Notes under the pieces: generated by a model
What the model was told of the DNA's origin: nothing
The model's input: only the letters and a program-made list of their open reading frames with translations
The model's database searches: none
Part shown: in pieces, positions 50,443 through 62,500 of the stretch
How positions within the stretch are numbered: the first letter of the stretch is position 1
Layout: each line of letters opens with the position of its first letter
Translations under genes and position numbers: made by a program
Origin: Vitrella brassicaformis CCMP3155
Taxonomy: Eukaryota > Protista > Chromerida
Assembly (NCBI GenBank): GCA_001179505.1
Contig: CDMY01000947.1
Location: forward strand, 173,591 to 237,590
Reading direction: 5' to 3'
Length of the DNA stretch: 64,000 nucleotides

Positions 50443-50741
50443 NNNNNNNNNNNNNNNNNNNNNNNNNNNNNNNNNNNNNNNNNNNNNNNNNNNNNNNNNN
50501 NNNNNNNNNNNNNNNNNNNNNNNNNNNNNNNNNNNNNNNNNNNNNNNNNNNNNNNNNNNNNNNNNNNNNNNNNNNNNNNNNNNNNNNNNNNNNNNNNNNN
50601 NNNNNNNNNNNNNNNNNNNNNNNNNNNNNNNNNNNNNNNNNNNNNNNNNNNNNNNNNNNNNNNNNNNNNNNNNNNNNNNNNNNNNNNNNNNNNNNNNNNN
50701 NNNNNNNNNNNNNNNNNNNNNNNNNNNNNNNNNNNNNNNNN
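50443..50741. other. Assembly gap (N run) flanked by poly-G
   Basis: 299 N with G homopolymers on both sides. Confidence 0.99.
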
Positions 50742-52587
50742 NGGGGGGGGGGGGGGGGGGGGGGGGAAGGTCTGGCCAAGTGGTCGGACAGTAATGTCGG
50801 CCCTGATTTGATTCAAAGGCTAGCTAATCACCACCACAGCATGCCATGCACGGCACGGTACGTACGTGTCCACACACATCCATACACACACACTGATAGG
50901 TACGCACACGCACATACAGAGAGAGAGAGTGTCCCGTCCGGCCGGTAGGCAGGCAGGCAGACAGACGGCATCTATCGGAAAGACGCGTCGATGGAGGGAT
51001 GGATGGGTCGATATCAAGGGTGGACGCGTCAGTGGAGAGCCAGCTCGGCTGGAACCGCAGTGAGTGTTGTGTTTCGTATTGACAGACAGACAGACAGGCA
51101 GCACTACCAGAGGCAAAGGGGGCGGTGGCCAAAGACTCACCCGACCCATTCATCAAAACGAGTGCCGAACAGACAGACAGACAGACAGACACATCCATCC
51201 CATGATGCATTGAAAACTAAGAAGCAGGACGCAATTTGGCAAGGTCGCGATCGAGGCAGGCTCGATCGGCACACGGTGTGCCAGCATGCCAGCACTCGAA
51301 GTCCACCCACCCCCCAGCTGTCCAGCCATCCATCCATCCAGCGGCCAGCTACAGGTTCTCTCTGCTCTGCGCGTTACATACAGAAAGATCAAGCGTCTCA
51401 CTTTATTCAGTGAGCTACCATGGCCAACCCATCCCCCCATCCCCCCACCTGTCTGTCCACGCAGTGAGCGTAGTGTTCCCCGATTACTTACCTACGGGCG
51501 TCGTCTTCTAGAGCAGTCATGTGTGTGGCGTGTGTGGCCCATCCCACCCCCCTGGTCAGTCGGTATGCATGGCCGTAGGTATCCGTACTCCAATGCATTG
51601 GTTGGTTGGTTGGTCCGTACGTCGCCTCTATACCCACCTCTCTCCCACCCATCCCATTCACTCACCCACACGTGCAGTGCACGAGCAACAATTGGCCTCT
51701 TGGAGTGAAAGGCTGTGTTGCGCATCTGTAGTGTCTGTCTTGGCTCTCTCCTTCCGTCCAGATCGACCAGCGGTAGCCGAACCGCTCTCACTGCAAAAGA
51801 GTGGCTGGCGACTGCTGGTGAGACTGGTCGAAAGGAGCGAGCCAACACACGCACCGACAAACAGAACGAAATGAAGCTGTCTGTACCACTCGTGTGTGCA
51901 TCCGAATTACGACCGAAAGAGGGCGAGGATGGCCGCAAAACCAACCAGCCAGCCAGACAAACAAACAAACATGGGGATTGGTGACAAAACGGGCGGACAT
52001 GTGTGTGTGAGAGAGAGAGAGAGAGAGAGCCAAAACGGTAGGGAGAGTGAGAGGCAGGGGACAGCACATTCGTTTCGAGCAAAAACAAGGAACACAAAAC
52101 AAAGGAGGAGGGGAAACAAACGGATAGAGAGAAGATACGCATGCGGTGGGCGGATCATTGAGAGGGAGCGGGCCATCAAATGCGATGGAACCAGCTAACC
52201 GCCGCCCTCCCTGCATCCGTCCCTCCGTCCCTCCCTCCCTCCCTGTCTCCCTGCCTGCACCTCTGGATCGTCCGTTCCCATATGTGCCATGCTGGCGCGC
52301 GTGGGTGAGAGTGGGCGGGCAGGCAAGGGCGGGAGGGCGGGAGGGGAGATGGGTTGCGAAGGGAAAAGTCCCTTCGTGGCTCTCCCAGTGTGCTTCAAAC
52401 ATGACTACTGCGTATGGCGTGGTGGGCTGTCGGTATGTATGTATACACAGGCAGGCAAGGCAGGATTGATAGACAGGCCAGTCATGCATTGCATGCGCGT
52501 GTGCATATGAGGGGAGGGGGAGAGGGGGTGGGGAGGGGTGGGGAGGGAGGGAGGGGGTTAAAATCCACAAACGGTACCGCCGCACGA

Positions 52588-54513
52588 TCACTGCTCGCCC
52601 TCCTTGCCTGCACACACACACACAGATCAGGCACTTCATCTGTGCGCTCTTGGTCGCGTGGATGCGGCTGTGCGTGAGAGTGTGGTTGGTTGCGGTGCGT
52701 ACCCTCTTCGTTGGGGGCCATGTCGGAGGTCCAGAGGGTGAGGTTGTCACGCAGCAGCTGCATGATCAACGTGCTGTCCTTATACGAATCCTCACTGAAC
52801 ATATCACACATATCACACACAGATCAATGCATTCAATGCAGGCCCAGGTGTGTGCATGTCATGTCATGGTGCGTATGTGCGGCCTCGTTCATGTCCGTCT
52901 CTTCGTTTGTCCGTCTAACGTAACGTACCTGACATTGTCTAGTTCGGCGATGGCGTCCTCGAACGCCTGGCGGGCCATCTTACACGCCTCCTCCGGGTTG
53001 TTCAGGATCTCGTAATAAAACACTACACCAACACAGTAATGCCACACACGACAGTGTGCCCTCCGCCTCTCCCTCCCTCGCTGGTGTGTGTGTGTGTCAT
53101 CTGATGGGAATAATATGCCCACTAACTGACCCGAGAAGTTGAGCGCGAGTCCGAGTCGAATGGGGTGTGTGGGGAAGAGGTCGGTCTGGGCGATGGTGGA
53201 GGCCTCCTTGTAGGCCTCGTGGGCGCTGTTGGCGGCGGTGGTCTTGGTGTCGTCCTGGCTGAACTCGCTGATGTAGCGGTAGTAGTCACCCTTCATCTTG
53301 TAGTAGAACACCTTGCTCTCGCCCTAAACACACACGCGCACACACACAGGGGTGGATATGATATGCCATCGGACATGGACAGGTGCACATGTGTGTGGGT
53401 GGTGGTGGTGGGTGACGGACGTACCGATGAGCTAGCGGGGATGAGGTGCGACGTCAGCAGATCCAGGATGTTGTTGCAGATGTCATTCAGCTCCTTCTCA
53501 ACCTAAACGCATCCATCCATCCGTGTGTGCGTCCGTTGTGTAGTGTGTGTTGAGCCCTCACTCATGCAGTCACTCTCTGCCCAAGCCTACGACGGGTTAC
53601 TTACCTTCTTGCGATACTCCTCGGTGTGGGGTATGTTCTGCGCGTTGCCCTTGGACTTCTCCTTCTGCTCCACCGACGATATGATGCGCCACGACGCGCG
53701 ACGGGCACCTACCGCATTCTTGAACGCTAAACACATGACACACATGACAGGACACGCCCAACACACACGCCACACACGGACAGAAACAGATGCAAAGGCG
53801 GCTGTGCCATCAGGCTGATACACGTGTGTTGTGTTGTCTTGTGATGTGTCATGGTTGTGGCGGTGCATACCCACGGACTGCAGCAGGGGATGGGAGGAGA
53901 CAGTGTGGCCGAGGCGCGCGCATGCAATACACGCACACACACACAAGGACAGGTCAAGTGGATGCCACCCATGCGGATGCGCCAACTCGTGTCTGTCTGC
54001 TCTTATCGATGTCCATCTGTGCCCCCCTGCCCTGCCCCGCCATCCGCCCCGTGTCTCATCTACCCACACCCATGTGGATCTGTGTGTGTGTGTAGTGTAT
54101 TGTGGTGTGGTGTGGTGTGGCTGACCAGCAGGTTGCGCTCCTCAACGGTCAGTTCCTCGCCCATCTTGACGACGGTCTCCATGAAACTCGCCATCTCTGC
54201 ACACAACACATCACACGCACCACACACAGCAGAAAGGGACCACACACCGGATCTGGGCCTCTGCCTTCCTCTTTTCCTCTCTCGCTGCCCTGTGGCCTTA
54301 GCGTACCATCGTATCTCTCGGCCTGCTCCGCCAGCTTGGCCTGCCACATCGACACACCACACACCGCACACGCCATCTCCTGGTGTGATCTGATCTGCGT
54401 CAAATCCCCTCCCTCTTCTAGTCCCCGCCTGGCTGCCCGCGCGCCCGCCGGCGGGCCTGGCCTTGACATACCTTGTACACGTACTCCTCGCGCTTGCTCT
54501 TGTCCTCACCCAT
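52588..54513 (-). CDS. 14-3-3: 14-3-3 protein
   Basis: [14 protein letters not shown]|[11 protein letters not shown]|EM...ERNLL|SV|[16 protein letters not shown]...[14 protein letters not shown]...[14 protein letters not shown]|VFYYEILN...|[25 protein letters not shown]...|GKEGEQ*. The phosphopeptide-binding Lys/Arg/Arg/Tyr residues are all present. Confidence 0.98.
53871..53877 (-). other. 7-nt microexon (TCCGTGG) of the 14-3-3 gene
   Basis: Flanked by ctgctgcag| and |gtatgc on the minus strand. It is required to restore both the frame and the invariant LLSVA(Y/F)KN sequence. Confidence 0.9.
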
Positions 54514-54727
54514 CCTCACAGACGCTGGTGCAGGGGCGCTGTAGTGATGCTACTGTAGGCAACGGGGCGATGTGAAACGAGGTGGCTGGCTCGTGCACGC
54601 GATGGGAAGGCAACAAACCGCAAGACGGTGCGCTTCAAAAACTGCAAGCTCATATCGCTCTCCTCTCGCGAAAGCGATAAAACCATGGCAGATGCGTACC
54701 TTCGCCATAGCATAGTCAAGTGAGGTC

Positions 54728-55879
54728 ATGAATTTCAACCGCGGGAGTCCTAGCAGCCCTCAGCCTGCGGCAAGGGTTCCCAGAACATCGTCGGGCGGCT
54801 CTGTGGACGGCAGCCGCCCCACGCGGCGCCGCAGCCGTCGGCACACCCGTCCGCACAGCCATGCCGAGCGGTTTGCAGACGCCATGCGTGCTGCGCAGGA
54901 CTCGGAGGGCGTGTATGAGGAGCAGGCCAAGATGATGATGGAGGAGCTCGACGTCGACGAGCAGCGCCTCTACTCGGAGAGGTTCCACGAGCTCAGGGGC
55001 CTCATGGACCAGTATGCCTCGTATGGCGTCAGGCAGGTATCTGGATGGATGGATGGAGTGAAGATCCTGGGTGTGCACTGGATGGATGGGCGGATTGCTG
55101 GTGTATGTCAGGTTGATGAGCGTACCAAGAGGTTGGTGAAGGAGTACGATAGCGGGGCAGCAGCGGCAGCGGGCCAGGCGGCACCAGACGGGGGTCAGAA
55201 GTGTCAGCAGCGCCTTAGGGAGAAGGAGATGGAGCGTCAGGAGTTGCTCGTTCAGCTCAACCAGCTGCAGAGCGAGTCCTGCCAGCTCCAGAAATCCGCC
55301 TTCATGGGCATCGCATCCAAGGCCATCAAGCACACACACGGCCGTGAGGACATAGACATGGACCCGATGGACGACGGCCACGCCGCCCCTCCCCCTCCCC
55401 AGCCCCAGCAGCCATCGGGCTTCATCGGCGGCGATGTCGATAGCGATGACGAAGCCGACCAGCAGCCTCACCCCGAGCCCCAGCAGCAGCAGCAGCAGCA
55501 GCAGCAGCCGGATCAGCTGCTGTTGTTGGTGTCCTCGACGCGTGCCGCATCGGACGCCCTCTCCCGCAACGTGGCGGACAAGATCAAGACGGCTGAGGCC
55601 CTGCTGGAGGTGAGGGAGCTGCAGCGGGCGGGCGTGTCGCACGCTGAGCGGGCCCTGCTGCAGCGGGGCGTTAGCGGGGAGCGGCCGTCACTGGGGGGTG
55701 GAGGGGGAGGGGCAGGAGGGCCTATGAGCATCGGTGGGGTGTCGCCCGTGCAGCCAGGTGCATCCCCATCCCCTGGTGGTGGTGGTGTGTCTGGTGCGTC
55801 GGTGACGGTGCGGGCGTCGGGGGGTGAGGGGGGATACCCAGCCACCGTGCCGGACGATAGCCCATTGGAGCAAAGCTAA
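54728..55879 (+). CDS. Hypothetical coiled-coil protein with poly-Q and G/P-rich tail
   Basis: ORF 54728..55879 with helical segments. It contains a likely 75-nt stopless intron at 55037-55111 (gtatct...gtcag, GGAT repeats). Confidence 0.65.
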   Translation: MNFNRGSPSSPQPAARVPRTSSGGSVDGSRPTRRRSRRHTRPHSHAERFADAMRAAQDSEGVYEEQAKMMMEELDVDEQRLYSERFHELRGLMDQYASYGVRQVSGWMDGVKILGVHWMDGRIAGVCQVDERTKRLVKEYDSGAAAAAGQAAPDGGQKCQQRLREKEMERQELLVQLNQLQSESCQLQKSAFMGIASKAIKHTHGREDIDMDPMDDGHAAPPPPQPQQPSGFIGGDVDSDDEADQQPHPEPQQQQQQQQQPDQLLLLVSSTRAASDALSRNVADKIKTAEALLEVRELQRAGVSHAERALLQRGVSGERPSLGGGGGGAGGPMSIGGVSPVQPGASPSPGGGGVSGASVTVRASGGEGGYPATVPDDSPLEQS

Positions 55880-56188
55880 GCGTGAGGAATGGATGGATAG
55901 ATGGAATGCGGCAGAGAGGTAGACCGTAGACGGGAGATGAGATGCGTGTGATATGGCCGCGGGACCTGGCTGACGGACGGTGGCTGCACTGCATGTACTG
56001 AGATGGACCCGTTTCTTTTGTGGATGTTCGTGTGTATGGGGGTTGGATTGGATCTGCTTGCATAATCATGTGAAGTATTGGTTGGCACATTGCGATCCGT
56101 CCCAGCATGCACACACAGCCGGCAGACAGCGACACGCAGAATCCCTATCTCACTACTCGCCGCAAACCTTCCTTTCGTGCAGATACCC

Positions 56189-59100
56189 TCACCCCATGTA
56201 CCGTTTGCATGATCGACGTGGCCGTGTGGTCACAGTGCTCGACGCATCTCCCCCACGGATGCAGGGCGCCGGATGGCTGCGGCTGCGGCGGGCTGGTCGT
56301 GGTGCCTGTCGTAGGCTGATCAGCGGTGGGCGGCTTCGGCTTGGCCGCCTGCTGCTTGTCTTCTGTTTGTGTGTGGGGGTGTGGCTGGATGTTGTCCTTT
56401 GTCGGTGGGGTTGGCGGGGGAGGAGAGGAGGGCTGGGAGTGTGCATCTCTATGTAGCCGACAGCCTGCAGCACAGACAGACAGGGAAGGGCAGGCAGAGA
56501 GATCAGATATGGAAAACTGCGTGGCCTGCTGTACGTACCTTGTAGAACTCGTCTTCGCTCAGGGAGCCATCTCTTGCGGTGTCCATGCTTCCGAACAGCC
56601 GCCTAGGAATGTTACAGATGCGACAAGGAGAGTAGGGCAAAGCCCCACGCGTCGATCGTGTCTCCTCCCCACTTGGCGTCCCCCTCTGAGAGGCCCAACT
56701 TGCCCGTCGCCCCAGCGACAAACTCGCCCACGCCCAGAAGACCATCCTGTAACAAAGCAGTGAGCGAAAGTCCGCATATGGGGTCCATCCGTCATTTCAG
56801 GCAGAAGGCGTCAGTCACCATGTTTGTGTCCATCGCAGCGAACGCGTCTTTGGGGTTGTCCATGTGCAGGTACAGACGTCGCTTGAGCTCTCTCTCGTCA
56901 ACCCCCAGAGCATTTGAGAACTCTGTGCGGTCGATCTGCTCATCACCGCTCTGTTGCGCAGCACAACATGTGGAGCAATTGGGATTAATGTGTGTGTGTG
57001 TGTGTGCTTGGTCTGACCTTGTCGAGCGCTTTGAAGATGCCGGGTAGTGAGCTTGTGGGCAGCCCTATGGATGCGACGAAGCGTCCAAATTCCTCGATGG
57101 ACAGATGGTCATCTTTGTTCTTGTCGAACTGCATTTGACACACGAAATCGCGGCTGTGTATCTCCCTCCGTCTCGTGTCTGTGTGTTCTTACTTTTGTGA
57201 AGGCTTCATTCCAGTCTTTGTAGGCCTTGTTGACCTTCTTGAGCAGATCACCCAGCGTGGCTGAAAACACAGCGGGGCAAGTCATTCCTTCCGGCCTTCC
57301 CCTCGTGTCTCTATGTGTGTGTCTCACCGCCCAAGGACTCCATGTACTCCATCTCATCTACTTTGCCGTCACGATTGACGTCAAGCCCGGCAAACAACTC
57401 CCTGCAGGAGGCGGAAAAAGGCGCAAAGCATCTGTTCGTGACAAGTTGGCGCCCGTTGCCGACTCACTTTGCATTGGCCTCCGATGAGACGCCCACTTCT
57501 TCTACGTGCTTGATGAACTCACTCTCGTCGAGGGCGCCGTCGCCATTCTGAAAAGGGCACATGAGAGGGCCAGGGGCATCGGGTCGCCTCGATTGTGTAC
57601 CTTATCTGCCTTGTGGAAGGCGTCCAGTGCATTGTCGAAGGCGTCGTGCACACGAATGCGGAGGCCCTCGAGGTCAACTGCATCTCATACACACACAGAG
57701 CTTGTGCATACAATGTGGGATGGCAGGGGATAGATATTTCCTGTTAGTTTCCAGTGCCTGCCCACCTCCAAGCGCATTTGTGTATTCGTCTCTGCTGGCT
57801 TTGCCGTCCCCATTGGCGTCCACCTGTTTGAGCAGCTCGACCGCCTTTTCCGTCCCAATCGACAGATGCTGGGTGCCTGCACACAGACATGAGAGGGACA
57901 AATGGATGTGCCTCCCTTCCCCTGTCTGTCTGTATGCGTGTCTGTCTGCTGGATCTCCCTACCGGCCTTACACTCGTCGGCGGTCAGGTGGGTGTCTTTG
58001 TCCTGGTCCCACAAGTCGAAGGCAGCCTTGAGCGACTGGAAGGCTCTGACGATGCGGGCGCGCAACTCATCCAATGTTACTGTACGCAGAGCAGAGCAGG
58101 CAGGCATTCTCGGCTGGCTGTCTGAACTTATTTCTTGCGATACCTTGTGTACCATCTTCGTCGCGGTGTTGACTGCCCGAGAATCCCATCGCCCGGTAGA
58201 ACTCCTCGCGAGACACAAACCTGATCGACGACATCGCTGATGGACGAGTGTGGCGTTCGGCGTGCTGTGTGTGTTGGCTGTTGCATACCCCTTCTTGGAT
58301 GTGTCAATGTCCTTGAAGAGCTTGGCTGCGTCCTGGTCGTTCACTCCGAGCTGCCTCATGCCTGCAGCCATCCACGGGTCGACACACACGTATTCAAGTG
58401 GCCGGCCATGTGGTATCTTACCGGCTGTCCATTCGTCAGGTGAGATTTTGTCGTCCTTGTCTGCGTCAAAGGTTGCGAAGGCTGCCTCGGGATTCTGCAG
58501 ACGCTTGTACACTCGATGTCTCAGCTCCTGCACGTCGACTGAGACCAAGGAGGGTTGCTGTATCAGTCCAGTGTCTCACCTGTTGAGTTCGTCTTCTCCT
58601 CAGTTGCCACGTCGTCAGGATCGCTCGCAACCCCCGACTTGGCGAATGCGGGCTCGGGCGAGGACTTGCCGTCGCAGAAGTCGACACCGACCGCCCCAGC
58701 CTCTCCACCAAAACTGCCGGATGCAATGGCTGCTTCCGCCTTTGATTTGAAGTCCTTGCACGCAGGACTCAGTACAGTCTCGGATGGCTGCAAGAGGGAA
58801 AAACAGGTAAAAGCAGCACCACAGATTTTGTCTGCAGCGATGGCATACCATTCCTCTGTCCTTGAAGATGGCCCCGAGCTCATTCTGGCAGGCGAACTCG
58901 AGGTTGTTCAGAAAGCCAGCATCCTTCACGTCTGCCTTTCCCCCCGCCTCTTTTGCCTCCATCAGAGCGAAATTGATGCTGGCCAGGCAGGACGCTCTCA
59001 GCAGCCGACCCGGGATGTAGTCGATCAGTTCAGTCTTGGTCAGATACGAGTCGTTGACCGTCAGAGCACCGCAGAACGCCACTCCAGTGGGCAGACCGCC

Positions 59101-59493
59101 TCCAGCTGGCAGCAGGCGATCCTCTGCCAGGCCGCCCGGCTTGTCGAAAGCTTCAAACGCAATCGTTTTGAACCGCGCGCAATCATCAAGCGCCTCCACA
59201 GGATTCTCCATGCCTTGCTCGCCGAGGAACTTTAGACAAGTCGACTGCACCGTGGTCAAGGAGTCAGGCGAGAATTGTGTGCCGGGCATCTTGGTCTGGT
59301 CGTGGGCTGAGATAATGGCAAAGCATGTCTGCACACAACAACCACAAACACAGGGCACTGCGACACAGCACGTGTGCATCCATGCATCACTCACGTCGAA
59401 GAAGCTCTTGTCCTCGATTGCATTGAAGAGTGGGGCTGCTGCTGACGTCGAGAAGGCGCCCACTGCAAGGATCCACCAAAGAGGCGGCCACAT
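56189..59493 (-). CDS. Secreted protein with Cys-rich N-terminal region and ten EF-hands in five tandem modules
   Basis: Signal peptide MWPPLWWILAVGAFSTSAA. Spliced EF loops: DADKDDKISPDE, DTSKKGFVSREE, DQDKDTHLTADE, DANGDGKASRDE, DKNGDGALDESE, DVNRDGKVDEME, DKNKDDHLSIEE, DKSGDEQIDRTE, DTNMDGLLGVGE, DTARDGSLSEDE. The 3' end below ~56470 is uncertain. Confidence 0.85.
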
Positions 59494-59552
59494 CGGGAAC
59501 GCCAAACTCGCGTGTTTACCTTTGGCATGATTTGTAAACAGACGCGTTGGAG
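59494..59552. promoter_or_regulatory. 59-bp bidirectional spacer with dyad symmetry (TGTTTAC...GTAAACA flanked by CGCG and CCAA/TTGG)
   Basis: TGTTTAC at 59513-59519 and GTAAACA at 59534-59540. Each gene sees GTAAACA..CGCG..TTGG just upstream of its own ATG. Function is inferred. Confidence 0.55.
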
Positions 59553-62500
59553 ATGATCTTTCTTTTCGCGGCTCTCGCTGCAGCGTCATCGGCTGCAGCG
59601 CTGCGTGAGCGCACCGTCAGCGGCGACGACCATCCAGTGGGCAATGTCATCACACTCATACAGAACGTATGCGAATGTGGGAAGCACAGATCTGTAATGC
59701 CACCGAATACCGGTGCTGCAATGTGCGTTGTGTGCAGCTGAAGAAGTCATCTGTGAAGGCCCGAGAGAGCACAGAGCTGACATGGAAGGAAACAGCACCC
59801 TCATGCCAACGCAGCATCGTGGAAGGCAAGAGGGACATTACAACGTACAGGTATGTGGATAAGGATCAGATCGCCCTCGACAGCGGTGATCTGCATCTGT
59901 CGTCTCTTTTCCAGGGACAAGAAAGCTCGGTTGGCCGCCCTGGTCCAGGAGCTGACCACATCTATCGATGTGCTGGCTGCCGATATCGATGAGCTCGTCA
60001 AGGTGCGAGACGAGAAACAGGCCGCCAAGGACAACGCGACGGCCGTCCGAACAGAGGAGAACGCACAATTCAATGCCAACAGTGCCGGTAGGTAACCTGG
60101 CGCACCCAAGTGCTGAATCCATGACATGCATCTACCTATGCTGTCCATGCACAGACTTCAATGCGACGCTGGCGGCCCTCGATATGGCAATCGCGACCAT
60201 TGAAGCCTCCAAGGCGGATGCTAGTCTCGTTCAGAACCTGAGAGCCCCCAACCTTCCTGGCAACAAGATCCGCTCCCTCATCGCACAGCTCCGCAGCCAT
60301 GTGGACGAGCCGCCAGCTGCGGCAGTNNNNNNNNNNNNNNNNNNNNNNNNNNNNNNNNNNNNNNNNNNNNNNNNNNNNNNNNNNNNNNNNNNNNNNNNNN
60401 NNNNNNNNNNNNNNNNNNNNNNNNNNNNNNNNNNNNNNNNNNNNNNNNNNNNNNNNNNNNNNNNNNNNNNNNNNNNNNNNNNNNNNNNNNNNNNNNNNNN
60501 NNNNNNNNNNNNNNNNNNNNNNNNNNNNNNNNNNNNNNNNNNNNNNNNNNNNNNNNNNNNNNNNNNNNNNNNNNNNNNNNNNNNNNNNNNNNNNNNNNNN
60601 NNNNNNNNNNNNNNNNNNNNNNNNNNCCCCCCCCCCCCCCCCATCCCCCAGGCCAAGGCATACGACTTCAAGTCGGGGTCGGTCATCGAGGTGCTCCAGA
60701 CGCTGAGGGACAAATTCCTGGAGGATATGCGCACCGCTGAGATTGCCGAGATGAACGCGCAGCAGACGTACGCAATCACCGCACAAGACCTGCAGAACTT
60801 CATTGATGACACTCAGGTATGGCCATAGCTGTCGGCCGGGAAGTGGGGATGCAGTGAATGTCTGTCGATTTGTTGCAGGCGACGATTGACGCGAAGGGTG
60901 GCGAGAGGGACGAGAAAATACAGGCACTGACCACAGCCAACACAGATCTCGCGTCCGTCAAGACACTCCTGGAAGAGGGTATGTGCCTGCACACACGCTC
61001 CAATGAATGGCCAAGCAAATCAGCGCACCAATTTGCGTGCAGCCGAGAATCTTCTCAAGACGACAGAGGACACGTGTGCGCAGCAGAAGACGGAGCACGA
61101 GCAGAAGCTGCAGCTCATTGATGAGGGGCTTGAGACGATGGACAAGGCAATCGAGATACTCATGAAGGTGGGCGGCGGCATTTCCCCCATGCCCCCTCTG
61201 TGCCCTCTCATCTGACCAGCCTGTCTATCTGTTTGTGCAGGTGGCAGGGCACCGCTACAAAGAGGCCAACAAGGCACGTATGGCCGAGAGGGGACTCGTA
61301 GGGGGAGGAGAGTCGTTCATACAGGCGGCAAAGGCAATACGACACGACTGACATACACAGCACCCCGACGCACACTCCAATCCATCCGTGTTTTTGTTTT
61401 TGCAGGTCGTCACGTGTGTGGATCCGTCTGACACGATGCAGGCCGCGCTGAGGAAGGCATCCACCTTCCTCAGGAGCAGCGGCAAATTCAGATCCACCGA
61501 ATACACCGATGTGCGTGAGACACACGAACCTGTCTCGCTGACGGATGATATGTCTCTGTCTTTGTTCTGACCATCCCTTTCAGATGCTGAAGAGCCTCCA
61601 GACGATCGCCGATAAGCCAGAGGGCGTCTGCCGATACTGTGACAAGAGTGCGCGGGCCGTAGAACAACACGAGGGCCATCGCGCAGGAATGAGATCGGGT
61701 CGTTCCCTCTGCGCACGTGTGCGTCTCAGGTCCGTTCAAGACCATCAAGGAGCAAATTCAAAAACTCATCTTCAAGCTCAAGGCCGACCAGACGGCTGAA
61801 GATCAACACAAGGCACGTAGTCTCCAACACACACAACATGAATAATTAAGATTAAGTGGATGATACCTGCTCACGCGTCTCTTCCTGTCTATTCGTGTCT
61901 GTGTGTCAGAACTGGTGCGACCGCGAGATGCAGGAGAACACCATGCGCAACGAGTCCAAGACTGCCAAGCACATGGAACTCACCATGAAGCTGACGCAGC
62001 ACCAAGCCGACGTGACGGTGAGTGCCCTGACATGCATACACACGCACATGTTCACGCATTCGCCCACCGCTGTGTGTGTTTGTTTCTGGTGATCAGTCGC
62101 TGACGGCCGACATGAGTGAGTTGGAGCGGCAGATCGCCGAGCTGACCAGCCAGATGGCCGAGGAGACCAGCCTGCGGCAGGAAAACAAGGCAGAAAACGA
62201 AGCATCCATCAAAGGTCCATCCATCCATCCATCCATCCATGACACACACGGATTGCAATCATCTTGCGCCCTTTCTCCCCCATGTGACAAATGTGTTGTA
62301 GATGCTGAGGAGGCGCAGGGAGCGGTGCAGCAAGCCTTGCAGGTCATCCGAAGCTACAACACCAAAGTGACCGCATTCAACGCACAGCCGTCGCCCGACA
62401 CGTCCTCACCGGTGCTGCTCGACCTGGCGGTGCCTGACGCGGGAGAAGTGCTCAAGTGAGAAGATACCTAATTCCATCTTTCTCCCCCTCTTCTCACGTG

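Noticed and set aside
51480-51870. Possible alternative last exons of 14-3-3 (donor-like GTAAGT near 51490)
   Set aside because: A normal terminal exon (GKEGEQ*) already exists, and the alternative translations are not 14-3-3-like.
50420-52560. Poly-G around the gap and G-run cluster at ~52510-52560 as functional G-quadruplexes
   Set aside because: G/C runs are common throughout the window, and one set borders an unresolved gap; no specific evidence of function.
56189-56470. Possible frameshift in the EF-hand gene tail (another frame reads ...WGRCVEHCDH...)
   Set aside because: Both frames are low-complexity and I cannot decide without cDNA; not reported as a finding.
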